From positions 110,386-174,385 of the forward strand of contig JACPLD010000002.1 of the NCBI GenBank assembly GCA_016186765.1: a stretch of 64,000 nucleotides of DNA, given 5' to 3'. Of the stretch, positions 46,627 to 56,886 are shown one piece after another. The translations under genes were made by a program, and so were the position numbers. Position 1 is the stretch's first letter; every line of letters starts with the position of its first letter. The notes under the pieces were generated by a model. That model had not been told where the DNA came from. It was given only the letters and a program-made list of their open reading frames with translations, and searched no databases. Origin of the DNA: Candidatus Kaiserbacteria bacterium. Its GTDB lineage: Bacteria > Patescibacteriota > Minisyncoccia > Phycocordibacterales > UBA2100.

Positions 46627-47223
46627 ATGAAATACATGCTCGGCACGAAGGGAAGAATGACACAAGTCTTCGACGACGAGGGCACCGTTCATGCCGCGAC
46701 GATCGTGAGCGCGGGGCCTCTAACCGTCACCCAGCTGAAGGCGCCCGAGAAAGACGGCTACAGCAGCGTGCAGGTTGGCTACGGTGCCGCGAAGAGCTCG
46801 CGCGTGAACAAAGCCCAAGGCGAGAAGCCATTCCGGCACTTTCGAGAGTTTGCAAGCGACACGCTCCCCGAAGTAGGCGCAACAATCGACGTTTCTGTGT
46901 TTTCTCCCGGCGATGTTGTTGCCGTTTCCGCCGTTTCAAAAGGGAAAGGGTTCCAAGGTGTCGTGAAGCGACACGGCTTCCACGGCGGTCCGCGCTCTCA
47001 CGGTCAGAAGAACAAGGAGCGCGCGCCCGGCTCGATAGGAGGCGGGGGTAGAGCAGGGGCGCGCGTCATTAGGGGAATGCGCATGGCGGGTCGCATGGGA
47101 GGAATGCGCGTCACGGTGAAGAATCTGCGGGTGCTGCAGGTGGACACGGCTCATAACACTCTTCTCATTTCTGGGGCAATACCGGGCTCTCCGGGAACGC
47201 TTGTCGAAATCAGGGGATCCTAG
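46627..47223 (+). CDS. rplC: 50S ribosomal protein L3
   Basis: MLGTKGRMTQVFDDEGTVHAATIV... canonical L3. Confidence 0.9.
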   Translation: MKYMLGTKGRMTQVFDDEGTVHAATIVSAGPLTVTQLKAPEKDGYSSVQVGYGAAKSSRVNKAQGEKPFRHFREFASDTLPEVGATIDVSVFSPGDVVAVSAVSKGKGFQGVVKRHGFHGGPRSHGQKNKERAPGSIGGGGRAGARVIRGMRMAGRMGGMRVTVKNLRVLQVDTAHNTLLISGAIPGSPGTLVEIRGS

Positions 47224-47245
47224 TTAGTACAATCTTCGATTTGGT

Positions 47246-47905
47246 ATGGAAGCAATCGTTTACAACAAGGAAGGAAAGAAAAGCGGCTCCGTGAATTTGC
47301 CGGAGAACGTTTTTGGTGTGCAGTGGAACGACGCCTTGATGCATCAAGTGGTGACCTCAATGCAAAGCAACGCGCGTCAACGCATCGCACACACGAAGGG
47401 GCGTGGCGACGTGCGAGGAGGCGGCCGAAAACCATGGCGGCAAAAAGGGACCGGACGCGCTCGTCACGGCTCCATTCGCTCTCCTATCTGGCGAGGTGGC
47501 GGCGTAACCCACGGCCCTCGCAGAGAGAAAAACTACACACGCACGATCCCGAAGGGCATACGCGCAAAGGCGCTTTTTATGGCGCTCTCGCAGAAACTGA
47601 AAGATAACGAGGTGATTTTTGTCGATTCCTTTGGAATTTCAGCGCCGAAGACGGCGCTTGCGAAAAAGACGCTCACAGCGCTCTCGAAGGCGGGCTTTCC
47701 GCGCATGGGCAAGCAAAAAAACGCAGCGCTCGTCGCGATTCCTGCGAAAGAGAACGCTGTAACGAAGAGCTTTCGAAACATCGGCAACGTCTCGTGCATG
47801 CTGGTCTCGGATCTCAATCCTCTCGCGGTTCTCTCGAATTCGTACGTGGTGATCGAAAATCCAGATGTGGCACTCCCGGTATTGGGTGCCCGCGGCAAAA
47901 AATAA
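47246..47905 (+). CDS. rplD: 50S ribosomal protein L4
   Basis: Sequence and operon position. Confidence 0.9.
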   Translation: MEAIVYNKEGKKSGSVNLPENVFGVQWNDALMHQVVTSMQSNARQRIAHTKGRGDVRGGGRKPWRQKGTGRARHGSIRSPIWRGGGVTHGPRREKNYTRTIPKGIRAKALFMALSQKLKDNEVIFVDSFGISAPKTALAKKTLTALSKAGFPRMGKQKNAALVAIPAKENAVTKSFRNIGNVSCMLVSDLNPLAVLSNSYVVIENPDVALPVLGARGKK

Positions 47906-47907
47906 GT

Positions 47908-48288
47908 ATGGCGCTATTCCAACGAAAGAAAAAGGACGAAGTAGTGGTGGAGAAAAAGGTGGAGAAACCAGCACCGAAGGTCTCTGTACGCGATACATAC
48001 CTGGCAGCGGATCTCGCCGACGTTTTGCGTAATCCGCGGATCACCGAGAAGGCAACGGCTCAAGGGCAGCTTGGTGTGTACACGTTTGATGTTTCAGAGA
48101 GTGCCACGAAACGCTCCGTCGCCGCAGCTGTCGCGATGCTCTATAAGGTATCACCAAGAAAGATCCACATCGTGCCCGTGCCTTCTAAGGTGAGACGGTC
48201 CGTGCGCACTGGCGCGCGCGGTATCTCGCGCGGAGGCAAGAAAGCGTATGTCTACCTCAAGCGAGGTGATTCCATCACACTCGCTTGA
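47908..48288 (+). CDS. rplW: 50S ribosomal protein L23
   Basis: Sequence and position. ORF track starts at 47794; ATG at 47908 is preferred. Confidence 0.85.
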   Translation: MALFQRKKKDEVVVEKKVEKPAPKVSVRDTYLAADLADVLRNPRITEKATAQGQLGVYTFDVSESATKRSVAAAVAMLYKVSPRKIHIVPVPSKVRRSVRTGARGISRGGKKAYVYLKRGDSITLA

Positions 48289-48325
48289 AGTCAAAGGGCA
48301 AAGGGCAAAAGTTAGAAGTAATGCT

Positions 48326-49168
48326 ATGAAAACGTACAAACCCACAACAAAAAGCTCTCGTCAGATGACGCGCGTCGAGTTCCGCAAGCTCTTGAGCGGC
48401 GGAAAACGCCACAAAGCACTCACGAAGGGGAGAAAGCATTCGGGCGGCCGCAACGCATTTGGCCGAATCACGATGCGTCACAAGGGTGGTGGGCACAAGC
48501 GCGCCTATCGGCTCGTTGATTTCTACTTCGACAAGAAAAACATTCCTGCACGCATCACCTCGATCGAGTATGATCCATTTCGCTCCGCGTTTATCGGGCT
48601 TGCGATCTACCAAGACGGTGAGAAGCGATACGTCGTGGTGCCGAGAGCCATAAAGGTCGGCGACTCGTTCGTCGTCTCTGAAAATGCACCGGTACAGCTC
48701 GGCAACCGTCTTCCTCTTTCGAAGATTCCCGTCGGAACGTTTGTCTACAACATCGAGTTGAAGCCGGGAGGGGGTGCGCGCCTCGCACGTGCCGCGGGCA
48801 ACTATTGCGAGGTCGTCGCGCAGGATGCCCCCTACACACATCTGCGCCTGCCGAGTATGGAAGTGCGTCGCGTAATCGGCAGCGCATGGGCATCGATCGG
48901 TGAGGTTTCCAACGAAGAGCATCGTCTCGTGAATATCGGCAAGGCGGGCCGCTCGCGCTGGATGGGTAGGCGTCCCACGGTTCGCGGAAGCGCGATGAAT
49001 CCTGTCGATCACCCGCACGGCGGTGGCGAAGGGAGAGCCGGGCGCGGCCACAGGCGGCAGCGCACCCTCTGGGGCAAGCCCGTGGGCAAGGGGCAAAAGA
49101 CGCGCCGGCCCAAAAAGTATTCCAACGTTTTCATCGTGTCGCGAAGAAAGGTTGGAAAACGCTCATAA
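48326..49168 (+). CDS. rplB: 50S ribosomal protein L2
   Basis: MKTYKPTTKSSRQM... and GGGEGR motif. ORF track starts at 48248. Confidence 0.9.
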   Translation: MKTYKPTTKSSRQMTRVEFRKLLSGGKRHKALTKGRKHSGGRNAFGRITMRHKGGGHKRAYRLVDFYFDKKNIPARITSIEYDPFRSAFIGLAIYQDGEKRYVVVPRAIKVGDSFVVSENAPVQLGNRLPLSKIPVGTFVYNIELKPGGGARLARAAGNYCEVVAQDAPYTHLRLPSMEVRRVIGSAWASIGEVSNEEHRLVNIGKAGRSRWMGRRPTVRGSAMNPVDHPHGGGEGRAGRGHRRQRTLWGKPVGKGQKTRRPKKYSNVFIVSRRKVGKRS

Positions 49169-49191
49169 TTTTTGTATAGTAGCTCACCTGT

Positions 49192-49551
49192 ATGGCTCGA
49201 TCACTCAAAAAAGGTCCGTACATCGACGAGAAGCTGATGAAAAAGATCAGCGCTCGCAAGCCAAGTACTGGCGCGATCAAAACATGGGCACGTGCCTCGC
49301 AGATTCCGCCGGAATTTGTCGGCTACACGTTTGCCGTGCACACAGGGAAGAACTTTGAGGAGATATTTGTGACGGAGGACATGGTGGGGCATCGCCTTGG
49401 CGAATTCGCGCCGACGACGAAGTTCATCAAGCACGGCGGCCGCATGCAGAAGGAAGCCGAGATGGCCGCAAAAGCCGCCGAGATCGCAGCCGCTCAAGCT
49501 GCAAAAGCAACCGAAGAATCGGCCAAACCCGCAGCGGGTTCTAAACAATAG
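49192..49551 (+). CDS. rpsS: 30S ribosomal protein S19 with an Ala/Lys-rich C-terminal extension
   Basis: [12 protein letters not shown]... canonical S19 core plus ~27 extra residues. Confidence 0.9.
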   Translation: MARSLKKGPYIDEKLMKKISARKPSTGAIKTWARASQIPPEFVGYTFAVHTGKNFEEIFVTEDMVGHRLGEFAPTTKFIKHGGRMQKEAEMAAKAAEIAAAQAAKATEESAKPAAGSKQ

Positions 49552-49553
49552 GT

Positions 49554-49925
49554 ATGCGTGCAACTCTCAGTAATTACCATCAGTCGCCGCGCAAGGTTCG
49601 CCTCGTCGCCGATCTCATTCGTGGGAAGAGCGTGCGGGATGCGCGTTTGGCGCTCCAGTATTTGCCGAAAAAGTCTTCACCCGTGATCGTGAAGCTTCTC
49701 GACTCTGCTGTCGCGAATGCGCGAAGCCGTGGCGCGACAGCGGATACTTTGTTCGTCAAGAAAATAACTGTCGACAAGGGCGCGGTGCTTCGGCGCTATC
49801 GCCCGTTTGCCCGCGGCCGTGCTGGCTCAGTCCGAAAGACCATGAGCATCGTTAATCTCGAACTTGGAACTATAGCTCCGAAAGCACCAAAGCGTGCCCG
49901 CAGTTCGAATTCTCCTAAAACCTAA
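49554..49925 (+). CDS. rplV: 50S ribosomal protein L22
   Basis: Sequence and position. Confidence 0.9.
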   Translation: MRATLSNYHQSPRKVRLVADLIRGKSVRDARLALQYLPKKSSPVIVKLLDSAVANARSRGATADTLFVKKITVDKGAVLRRYRPFARGRAGSVRKTMSIVNLELGTIAPKAPKRARSSNSPKT

Positions 49926-49950
49926 TCCCTAGCACCTAGTTCCTATTCCT

Positions 49951-50643
<693 letters not shown>

Positions 50644-50645
50644 GT

Positions 50646-51068
50646 ATGCTCGCTCCTAAGAAGGCAAAATTCCGAAAATGGCAGACAGGCCGCCGTCACG
50701 AGCGGAAGTTGCATGTGCCCGAGACCCGCGGCGTCACTGTCGCATTCGGGGCGTATGGCTTGCGCGCTATGACGCCGGCTCGACTCACCTCGAACCAAAT
50801 AGAGTCGGCGCGTCGCGTGCTGGTTCGAGCGGGAGGAAAGACCGCCAAGGTCTGGGTCCGCGTGTTTCCCGACAGACCTTTCACGCAAAAAGCGGCGGAG
50901 GTTGGAATGGGGAGCGGAAAAGGAGATGTTGCGGGATATGTTGTTGAGGTGCATCCCGGGCGGGTAATCTTTGAGATCGATGGCGCTCCCGAAGAGATGG
51001 CACGCGAAGCTCTGCGAAAAGCTGGAACCAAACTGCCTTTGAAGGCGCGTGTTGTCGCCCGTCAGTAG
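50646..51068 (+). CDS. rplP: 50S ribosomal protein L16
   Basis: Sequence and position. Confidence 0.9.
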   Translation: MLAPKKAKFRKWQTGRRHERKLHVPETRGVTVAFGAYGLRAMTPARLTSNQIESARRVLVRAGGKTAKVWVRVFPDRPFTQKAAEVGMGSGKGDVAGYVVEVHPGRVIFEIDGAPEEMAREALRKAGTKLPLKARVVARQ

Positions 51069-51071
51069 CCT

Positions 51072-51275
51072 ATGGCCGATATAAAACAGTACAGTGTTGA
51101 AGATCTAAAAAAAGAGATCGCCGATAAGCGGGAAGCGCTTCGAGCGTTTCGCTTCGGCGGGGCTGGCAGCCGCACGCGAAACGTGCGAGAAGGGCGCAAC
51201 CTTCGTAAAGAAATCGCGTGGATGCTCACCGAACTTCGCGCCCGGGAATTGGCCTCGAAGAAGAAAACAACGTAA
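51072..51275 (+). CDS. rpmC: 50S ribosomal protein L29
   Basis: Sequence and position. Confidence 0.85.
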   Translation: MADIKQYSVEDLKKEIADKREALRAFRFGGAGSRTRNVREGRNLRKEIAWMLTELRARELASKKKTT

Positions 51276-51288
51276 GATACGTCGCCGT

Positions 51289-51561
51289 ATGGAACAACCT
51301 ATGCGTGCAGGGAAAGAGCTGCGAGGGGTCGTCGTGAAGACGGCCATGAAGGACACGGCGACCGTGCTCGTCGAGCGCTTCGTCCCACATCCGAAATACA
51401 AGAAGTATCTCCGCCGGGGCAAGAAGTATCTCGTGCACGATCCCGGCAATACGCTGCGGGTGGGGGAAAAGGTCACGATCAGAGAATCGAGACCGATTTC
51501 GAAGCGGAAGCACTTCACGCTAATCTCCGCCGAAGGCGGATCCGCCTCAGGCGGAAAATAA
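51289..51561 (+). CDS. rpsQ: 30S ribosomal protein S17
   Basis: Sequence and position. Confidence 0.85.
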   Translation: MEQPMRAGKELRGVVVKTAMKDTATVLVERFVPHPKYKKYLRRGKKYLVHDPGNTLRVGEKVTIRESRPISKRKHFTLISAEGGSASGGK

Positions 51562-51564
51562 TAT

Positions 51565-51945
51565 ATGTTACAGGACAGAAGTATCGTAAAAATAGCAGAC
51601 AACTCCGGCGGCATCATAGGTCGGATCTTCAAGATTTTGGGTGGCTCGAAAAAGCGTGCAGCGGAGATCGGAGACGAAGTCGTCATCTCGATCCAGACGG
51701 CGCAACCGCGCAAGCTCGTCAAGAAAAAAGAAGTGCACCGCGCTGTCGTCGTACGCCAGAGCAAGCCGTACCGTCGTTCAGACGGCTCATACGTACGTTT
51801 TGACGAGAATGCCGTGGTCCTTGTCGTGGGCAGCGGCAAGGAGCCGAAAGAACCGAAGGCAAACCGCGTGTTCGGTCCCATCCCACGAGAGCTCGTGACT
51901 CGCGGCTACCAAAAGATCGCCTCGCTTGCGCCTGAAATCGTATAA
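51565..51945 (+). CDS. rplN: 50S ribosomal protein L14
   Basis: MLQDRSIVKIADNSGG... with a small internal insertion. Confidence 0.9.
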   Translation: MLQDRSIVKIADNSGGIIGRIFKILGGSKKRAAEIGDEVVISIQTAQPRKLVKKKEVHRAVVVRQSKPYRRSDGSYVRFDENAVVLVVGSGKEPKEPKANRVFGPIPRELVTRGYQKIASLAPEIV

Positions 51946-52030
51946 CGTCTATGAAATTGAAAAAAGGAGACCCCGCTACCACAAATCCTTCGGATTTGGC
52001 TACGGGGCAAGGCAAAACGTACTAATCAAT

Positions 52031-52342
52031 ATGAAATTACGCAAAGGTGACAAAGTTGTTGTTATCGCAGGCAAGGAACGAGGGAAGACCTCTACCATCG
52101 TTCGCGTGCTTCCTCGGGAGGACTTGGTCATTCTCGACGGGCTCAATCTCGCGAAGCGCCATCGCCGTCCTTCGGCCAGAAATCGTAAGGGCCAAATCAT
52201 CGAGCGCGCAATGCCGATGCACGCTTCCAATGTGATGGTTGTCGATCCAAAAACAGGCAAGCCCACGCGCGTGAAGATTGTTCGAGGCAAAGACGGATCG
52301 CGCGAGCGCTTCGCGGTCAAAAGCGGCCAGTCCATCAAATAA
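52031..52342 (+). CDS. rplX: 50S ribosomal protein L24
   Basis: MKLRKGDKVVVIAGKERGK KOW motif. ORF track starts at 51926. Confidence 0.85.
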   Translation: MKLRKGDKVVVIAGKERGKTSTIVRVLPREDLVILDGLNLAKRHRRPSARNRKGQIIERAMPMHASNVMVVDPKTGKPTRVKIVRGKDGSRERFAVKSGQSIK

Positions 52343-52344
52343 CT

Positions 52345-52878
52345 ATGAAGGCAAAGACGCAGCAACGAGCGTTCGCCGCACTCAAAGCAGAGTTCGGCTA
52401 CACGAACATCATGCAAGTACCGAAGATCGTTAAAATCGTGATTTCGAGTGGCGTGGGTGGCGTGAAAGACCAGAAGCGACGAGAGCTCATCGTCGATCGA
52501 CTTAAGCGCATCGCGGGCCAGGCACCCGCACCGCGCGGCGCCAAAAAGTCCATCGCAAATTTCAAGAGTCGCAAGGGCGAAACGATAGGCTACCAGATGA
52601 CGCTTCGAGGTGAGCGCGCAGAGGCTTTCTTGCAGAAGCTCATCCACATCGCGCTGCCGCGCACCAAAGACTTTCGCGGCATTTCGCCGACCTCGATCGA
52701 CGAAATGGGTAACATTACGATCGGCATCAAGGAGCATACGGTGTTTCCAGAAACTGCGGATGAAGACTCAAAGGACATCTTTGGCCTTGCCGTTACCATT
52801 GCGACGACTGCAAAAAATAAGAAGGAGGCCGAATCATTCCTCCGCCATATCGGTCTCCCGCTACGCGCAGAGAAATAG
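52345..52878 (+). CDS. rplE: 50S ribosomal protein L5
   Basis: Sequence and position. Confidence 0.9.
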   Translation: MKAKTQQRAFAALKAEFGYTNIMQVPKIVKIVISSGVGGVKDQKRRELIVDRLKRIAGQAPAPRGAKKSIANFKSRKGETIGYQMTLRGERAEAFLQKLIHIALPRTKDFRGISPTSIDEMGNITIGIKEHTVFPETADEDSKDIFGLAVTIATTAKNKKEAESFLRHIGLPLRAEK

Positions 52879-52879
52879 G

Positions 52880-52908
52880 TTGACTTTGGTTCACCTCTCG
52901 CCTATAGT
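52880..52908 (+). promoter_or_regulatory. Consensus-like internal promoter candidate TTGACT-N17-TATAGT in the 170-bp rplE-rpsN spacer
   Basis: Seen in sequence. Confidence 0.4.
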
Positions 52909-53048
52909 GTGCGGGCCTCGCAGGGGGCTTTGTTTTTAAGTGATCCTCCGGGATATCGTGAGAACAAGGTCACGCACCGAGCTCTCGTAACCTAGGGACC
53001 GTAAGGTCAGGTGCAGAAGCTCGAGTTTCTCCTTCGCGGCACTATTCC

Positions 53049-53234
53049 ATGGCAAAGAAATCACTCATCGTGAAGGCAAATCGAAAGCCGAAATATACCA
53101 GCCGAACTATTCGTCGCTGTTTTAAGTGCGGTCGGCCACGCGGCTTTATGCGCGATTTCAACCTCTGCCGCATCTGCTTCCGCGAAGAGGCACTCGAAGG
53201 CAATATCCCGGGCATAAAGAAAAGCTCATGGTAA
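53049..53234 (+). CDS. rpsN: 30S ribosomal protein S14, zinc-binding type Z
   Basis: 61 aa, CxxC...CxxC; KANRKPKY... signature. Confidence 0.9.
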   Translation: MAKKSLIVKANRKPKYTSRTIRRCFKCGRPRGFMRDFNLCRICFREEALEGNIPGIKKSSW

Positions 53235-53623
53235 ACGACCCCGTAGCAGATCTGATCGTTCGGCTCCAAAATGCCGCAGCCGTACACAAGCCGTCTGTCT
53301 CGGTGCCGTTTTCGAATTTCAAAATGGCGGTTGCGGAGGCCCTGAAAGGCGCGGGTTACGTGAAAGCAGTGGAGAAGAGAGGAAAGAAAGTAAAAAGAGT
53401 GCTCGATATCATGCTTAGCTATGACGAGGCGGGGAGACCCGCGATTTCCGGCGTGAAGCGGATTTCAAAACCGGGGCGTCGAGTCTATCGCGGCGCGCGC
53501 GAGCTCTACGCTATTCGCTACGGCCATGGCATGCTTGTTCTCTCGACACCAAAGGGCGTGATGACGAACGCGGATGCTCGCAAGCACAAGGTCGGTGGAG
53601 AAGCACTCTTCGAAGTCTGGTAA
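53228..53623 (+). CDS. rpsH: 30S ribosomal protein S8
   Basis: [16 protein letters not shown]... ORF track starts at 53126; ATG at 53228 is preferred. Confidence 0.9.
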   Translation: MVNDPVADLIVRLQNAAAVHKPSVSVPFSNFKMAVAEALKGAGYVKAVEKRGKKVKRVLDIMLSYDEAGRPAISGVKRISKPGRRVYRGARELYAIRYGHGMLVLSTPKGVMTNADARKHKVGGEALFEVW

Positions 53624-53628
53624 TCCAT

Positions 53629-54174
53629 ATGTCACGCATCGGCAAAAAACCAATTTCTATTCCCCCGGGCACCGAAGTCTCCGTCGTTCCTCACGAGCTG
53701 ACGGTGAAGGGAAAGGGCGGTACGCTGAAGCGCTCTCTCCACCCGGCCGTCGCAATATCGGTCACAAACGGGGAAGTCACCGTCGCGCCTGCTCTCGACA
53801 CACGTCTTGCGCGAGCACTCTGGGGCACGTATGCCGCGCACGTGCGAAACATGATCGAGGGTGTGAACACGCCGTTTTCGAAAAAACTCATTGTGGAAGG
53901 TATCGGATATCGCGCCGAGGTCGCGGGCAAGGAACTCAAGCTCTCGGTCGGTTTTTCGCACCCCGTTCTTATACCAGTGCCCGAGGGAGTCACCGTGTCG
54001 GTCGACAAGGGAGTGATAACGATTGCAGGTGCAGACAAGGAGAAGGTGGGGCAGTTCGCCGCGGCGGTGCGTGCGACGCGCAAGCCCGAGCCGTACAAAG
54101 GTAAGGGCATCCGGTATGAAGATGAGGTCGTGCGTCGCAAGCAGGGCAAGAAAGCGGCTACTGCAGCAGCGTAA
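53629..54174 (+). CDS. rplF: 50S ribosomal protein L6
   Basis: MSRIGKKPISIP... Confidence 0.9.
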   Translation: MSRIGKKPISIPPGTEVSVVPHELTVKGKGGTLKRSLHPAVAISVTNGEVTVAPALDTRLARALWGTYAAHVRNMIEGVNTPFSKKLIVEGIGYRAEVAGKELKLSVGFSHPVLIPVPEGVTVSVDKGVITIAGADKEKVGQFAAAVRATRKPEPYKGKGIRYEDEVVRRKQGKKAATAAA

Positions 54175-54186
54175 TAGAAAAACCGT

Positions 54187-54534
54187 ATGACACTCGCGAT
54201 AAAACTACAGAAGAGGCAGCAGCGGCATAAAAGGGTGCGGGCGAAAGTCTCCGGAAGCGCCGAGAGACCGCGTCTTTCGATCTATAAATCCAACACCGCG
54301 CTCCACGCCCAGATCATCGACGATGTGAAGGGAATGACTCTCGCATCGGTTTCCTCCTCGAGCGAAAAGGGGAAGACGCCGCGGGAGCGGGCCGAGGCCG
54401 CAGCTTCTACGCTTGCAAAGCGTGCTGCCGAAAAGGGCATCAAGGCAGTCGTCTTTGATCGTGGCGGTTTCCAGTACGTGGGATCGATCAAGGCATTTGC
54501 CGATGTAGCACGAGCCGCAGGACTGAAGTTTTAA
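54187..54534 (+). CDS. rplR: 50S ribosomal protein L18
   Basis: Sequence and position. Confidence 0.85.
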   Translation: MTLAIKLQKRQQRHKRVRAKVSGSAERPRLSIYKSNTALHAQIIDDVKGMTLASVSSSSEKGKTPRERAEAAASTLAKRAAEKGIKAVVFDRGGFQYVGSIKAFADVARAAGLKF

Positions 54535-54540
54535 ATTCAT

Positions 54541-55149
54541 ATGACTACGGAACGAACAATCGAGGAGGAGCAGGTTAAGCCTGAGGCAGGTGTTGAGACA
54601 CCGGGAGATGTACCTGCGCCGGAGACACTGCCGGAGGAACGCAGGCGTTTTACACGCGGAGGGAGAAGGGGAGGCGGCCGCCGCGACCGGGGCGGCAGAG
54701 GCCGCGACGAACGCCGCAGCGAATTCGTGCAGAAACTTATCGGAATCCGCCGCGTTGCGCGCGTGATGGCCGGCGGACGCAGGTTTAATTTCTCTGCCGC
54801 GCTCGTCTTGGGAGACAAAAAGGGACGTGTCGGCGTCGGTGTTGGAAAAGCTGCAGATACTGCGCTTGCGATCGAGAAAGCGACGCGTGCAGCGAAACGT
54901 TCCATGATAACTCTCAATTTGCGAGAGAATGGAAGTATTCCGCGCAACGTCGATGCAAAGTACTGTGCATCGCGTGTCGAAATCCGTCCCTCGCCGGGGC
55001 GAGGACTCGTTGCAGGCTCCTCGGTGCGTACCGTTCTCGAGCTCGGTGGTGTATCGGACGTCACGGCAAAGATTCTCTCGCGAAGTCACAATCCTATAAA
55101 CAATGCACGCGCCGCGATCGAGGCGTTGCGTCAAGTCGCCAAGAAGTAA
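54541..55149 (+). CDS. rpsE: 30S ribosomal protein S5 with an RGG-rich N-terminal extension
   Basis: Canonical S5 dsRBD + C-domain preceded by a ~60-aa Arg/Gly-rich extension. Confidence 0.9.
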   Translation: MTTERTIEEEQVKPEAGVETPGDVPAPETLPEERRRFTRGGRRGGGRRDRGGRGRDERRSEFVQKLIGIRRVARVMAGGRRFNFSAALVLGDKKGRVGVGVGKAADTALAIEKATRAAKRSMITLNLRENGSIPRNVDAKYCASRVEIRPSPGRGLVAGSSVRTVLELGGVSDVTAKILSRSHNPINNARAAIEALRQVAKK

Positions 55150-55152
55150 GGT

Positions 55153-55605
55153 ATGGCTTCACTCAATCAACTGCAGAGACCCATTGGCTTGAAGCGCCCG
55201 ATGCAGAGGGTCGGAAGAGGACAATCGAGCGGCCGAGGCAAGCAGTCTGGCCGAGGCGGCAAGGGGCAAACCGCGCGCGCGGGAGCGAAGATCCGCCCGG
55301 CGTGGCGCGATATCGTCAAGAGGCTTCCCAAGCGACGCGGTTTTGGAAAGAACCGCGGGCGCACCGTCGTCGGTACGCGTCTTGATGCGCGTGCTATTGC
55401 CGTCGGTCGCCTCAACAAACTCTTCGAATCCGACTCGACTGTTTCTTTGTCCACGCTCGCAGAGCGCGGTATCACGGGTAGAAAGTTGCAGGGAGTGAAG
55501 ATCGTTGGCGGAGGGGAGCTTACTAAAAAACTTATCGTCAAGGGCATTCAGGTCTCCGCCTCCGCACAAACCGCGATCGAAAAAGTTGGCGGAATTGTTT
55601 CCTAA
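55153..55605 (+). CDS. rplO: 50S ribosomal protein L15 (directly after rpsE; no rpmD/L30 gene present)
   Basis: Sequence and position. Confidence 0.9.
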   Translation: MASLNQLQRPIGLKRPMQRVGRGQSSGRGKQSGRGGKGQTARAGAKIRPAWRDIVKRLPKRRGFGKNRGRTVVGTRLDARAIAVGRLNKLFESDSTVSLSTLAERGITGRKLQGVKIVGGGELTKKLIVKGIQVSASAQTAIEKVGGIVS

Positions 55606-55609
55606 ATCT

Positions 55610-56884
55610 ATGTTTGAAACATTCTGGCGGAAGGTTCGACTTATTATCGAAGACGAGACGTTGCGCAATCGCGTGCTTTTTGTACTCGGGGCGCTGATCG
55701 TCTTTCGTATTCTTGCTGCTATCCCGATCCCGGGCATTGATGCAGCGGCTCTAGCAAACTACCTCGGAAACAATCAGTTTCTTGGCCTTCTCAACATTTT
55801 TTCCGGCGGCGGTTTCTCGACACTCTCTATCATGATGATTGGCGTTTCGCCCTACATCACCGCTTCGATCGTCATGCAGCTCTCGACCGTTCTCTCTCCG
55901 CGCCTGAAGGCGCTCTACCAGGAGGAGGGCGACGCAGGTCGGCAGCGCTTCATGCAATATTCTCGCTACCTCACGGTTCCCCTCTCCTTCATTCAGGCGT
56001 TCGGCTTTCTCATTCTGCTGCAGCAGAACAACATCGTGCCGGCGCTCGACTCTCTCCACATGCTCGCGAACGTGATTGTCATCGCTGCAGGCGCGATGCT
56101 GCTCATGTGGATCGGGGAGCTCATTACCGAGTACGGCGTGGGAAATGGCGTTTCTCTCATCATCTTCGCCGGCATCGTTGCGGGCATTCCCTCGGCGCTC
56201 TCACAATTTGTATTCACCTTTGACGTTGCGCAGGTACCGGCATACCTCGGATTTGTCATTGCGGCCGTGGTTATCACTGCTGGCGTCGTCTTTATCACGG
56301 AAGCGGAGCGTCCGATACCAGTTACCTATGCGCGTCGCGTGCGTGGGATGAAGGTTTTGGGGGGCATTTCGACCTACCTGCCGCTTCGCGTCAATCAAGC
56401 AGGCGTAATCCCTATTATCTTTGCGCTCTCGATTCTCCTCTTTCCGCAGATGATCGCCTCCTTTCTCGCGCAGAGTCCGGTACCGTTCGTCGCGTCTGCT
56501 GCCTCTGTAGTCGTCTCATGGCTCGCGAACAATTGGATATACGGCGCGCTCTACTTCCTCTTGGTGTTCGTGTTCACCTACTTCTACACGGCGATCACGT
56601 TTGAACCTCATCAGGTCGCGAAGAACCTCCAGAAAAACGGCGCATTCATTCCCGGCGTTCGCCCCGGGAGCACGACATCAGACTACCTTGGCACGATCAT
56701 CACGCGTGTTACGCTTGTCGGCGCACTTTTCTTAGGCATTCTCGCGGTGCTCCCCATAATTCTGCAGGGCATCACAGGCATCGCTGCACTCACCATTGGT
56801 GGTACTGCACTCTTGATTGTCGTGTCAGTCGTGCTCGATGTGGTGAAGAAGATTGACGCTCAGACCTCGATACGGGAATATTAG
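55610..56884 (+). CDS. secY: Preprotein translocase subunit SecY
   Basis: 10-TM SecY signature. ORF track starts at 55505; ATG (MFETFWRKV) at 55610 is preferred. Confidence 0.9.
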   Translation: MFETFWRKVRLIIEDETLRNRVLFVLGALIVFRILAAIPIPGIDAAALANYLGNNQFLGLLNIFSGGGFSTLSIMMIGVSPYITASIVMQLSTVLSPRLKALYQEEGDAGRQRFMQYSRYLTVPLSFIQAFGFLILLQQNNIVPALDSLHMLANVIVIAAGAMLLMWIGELITEYGVGNGVSLIIFAGIVAGIPSALSQFVFTFDVAQVPAYLGFVIAAVVITAGVVFITEAERPIPVTYARRVRGMKVLGGISTYLPLRVNQAGVIPIIFALSILLFPQMIASFLAQSPVPFVASAASVVVSWLANNWIYGALYFLLVFVFTYFYTAITFEPHQVAKNLQKNGAFIPGVRPGSTTSDYLGTIITRVTLVGALFLGILAVLPIILQGITGIAALTIGGTALLIVVSVVLDVVKKIDAQTSIREY

Positions 56885-56886
56885 AC

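Noticed and set aside
49906-49920. GTTCGAATTC tRNA T-loop-like string inside rplV
   Set aside because: No flanking acceptor or anticodon stems; lies within a well-supported coding region.
51105-51881. 258-aa minus-strand ORF across rpmC-rpsQ-rplN
   Set aside because: Antisense to three ribosomal protein genes; low-complexity shadow.
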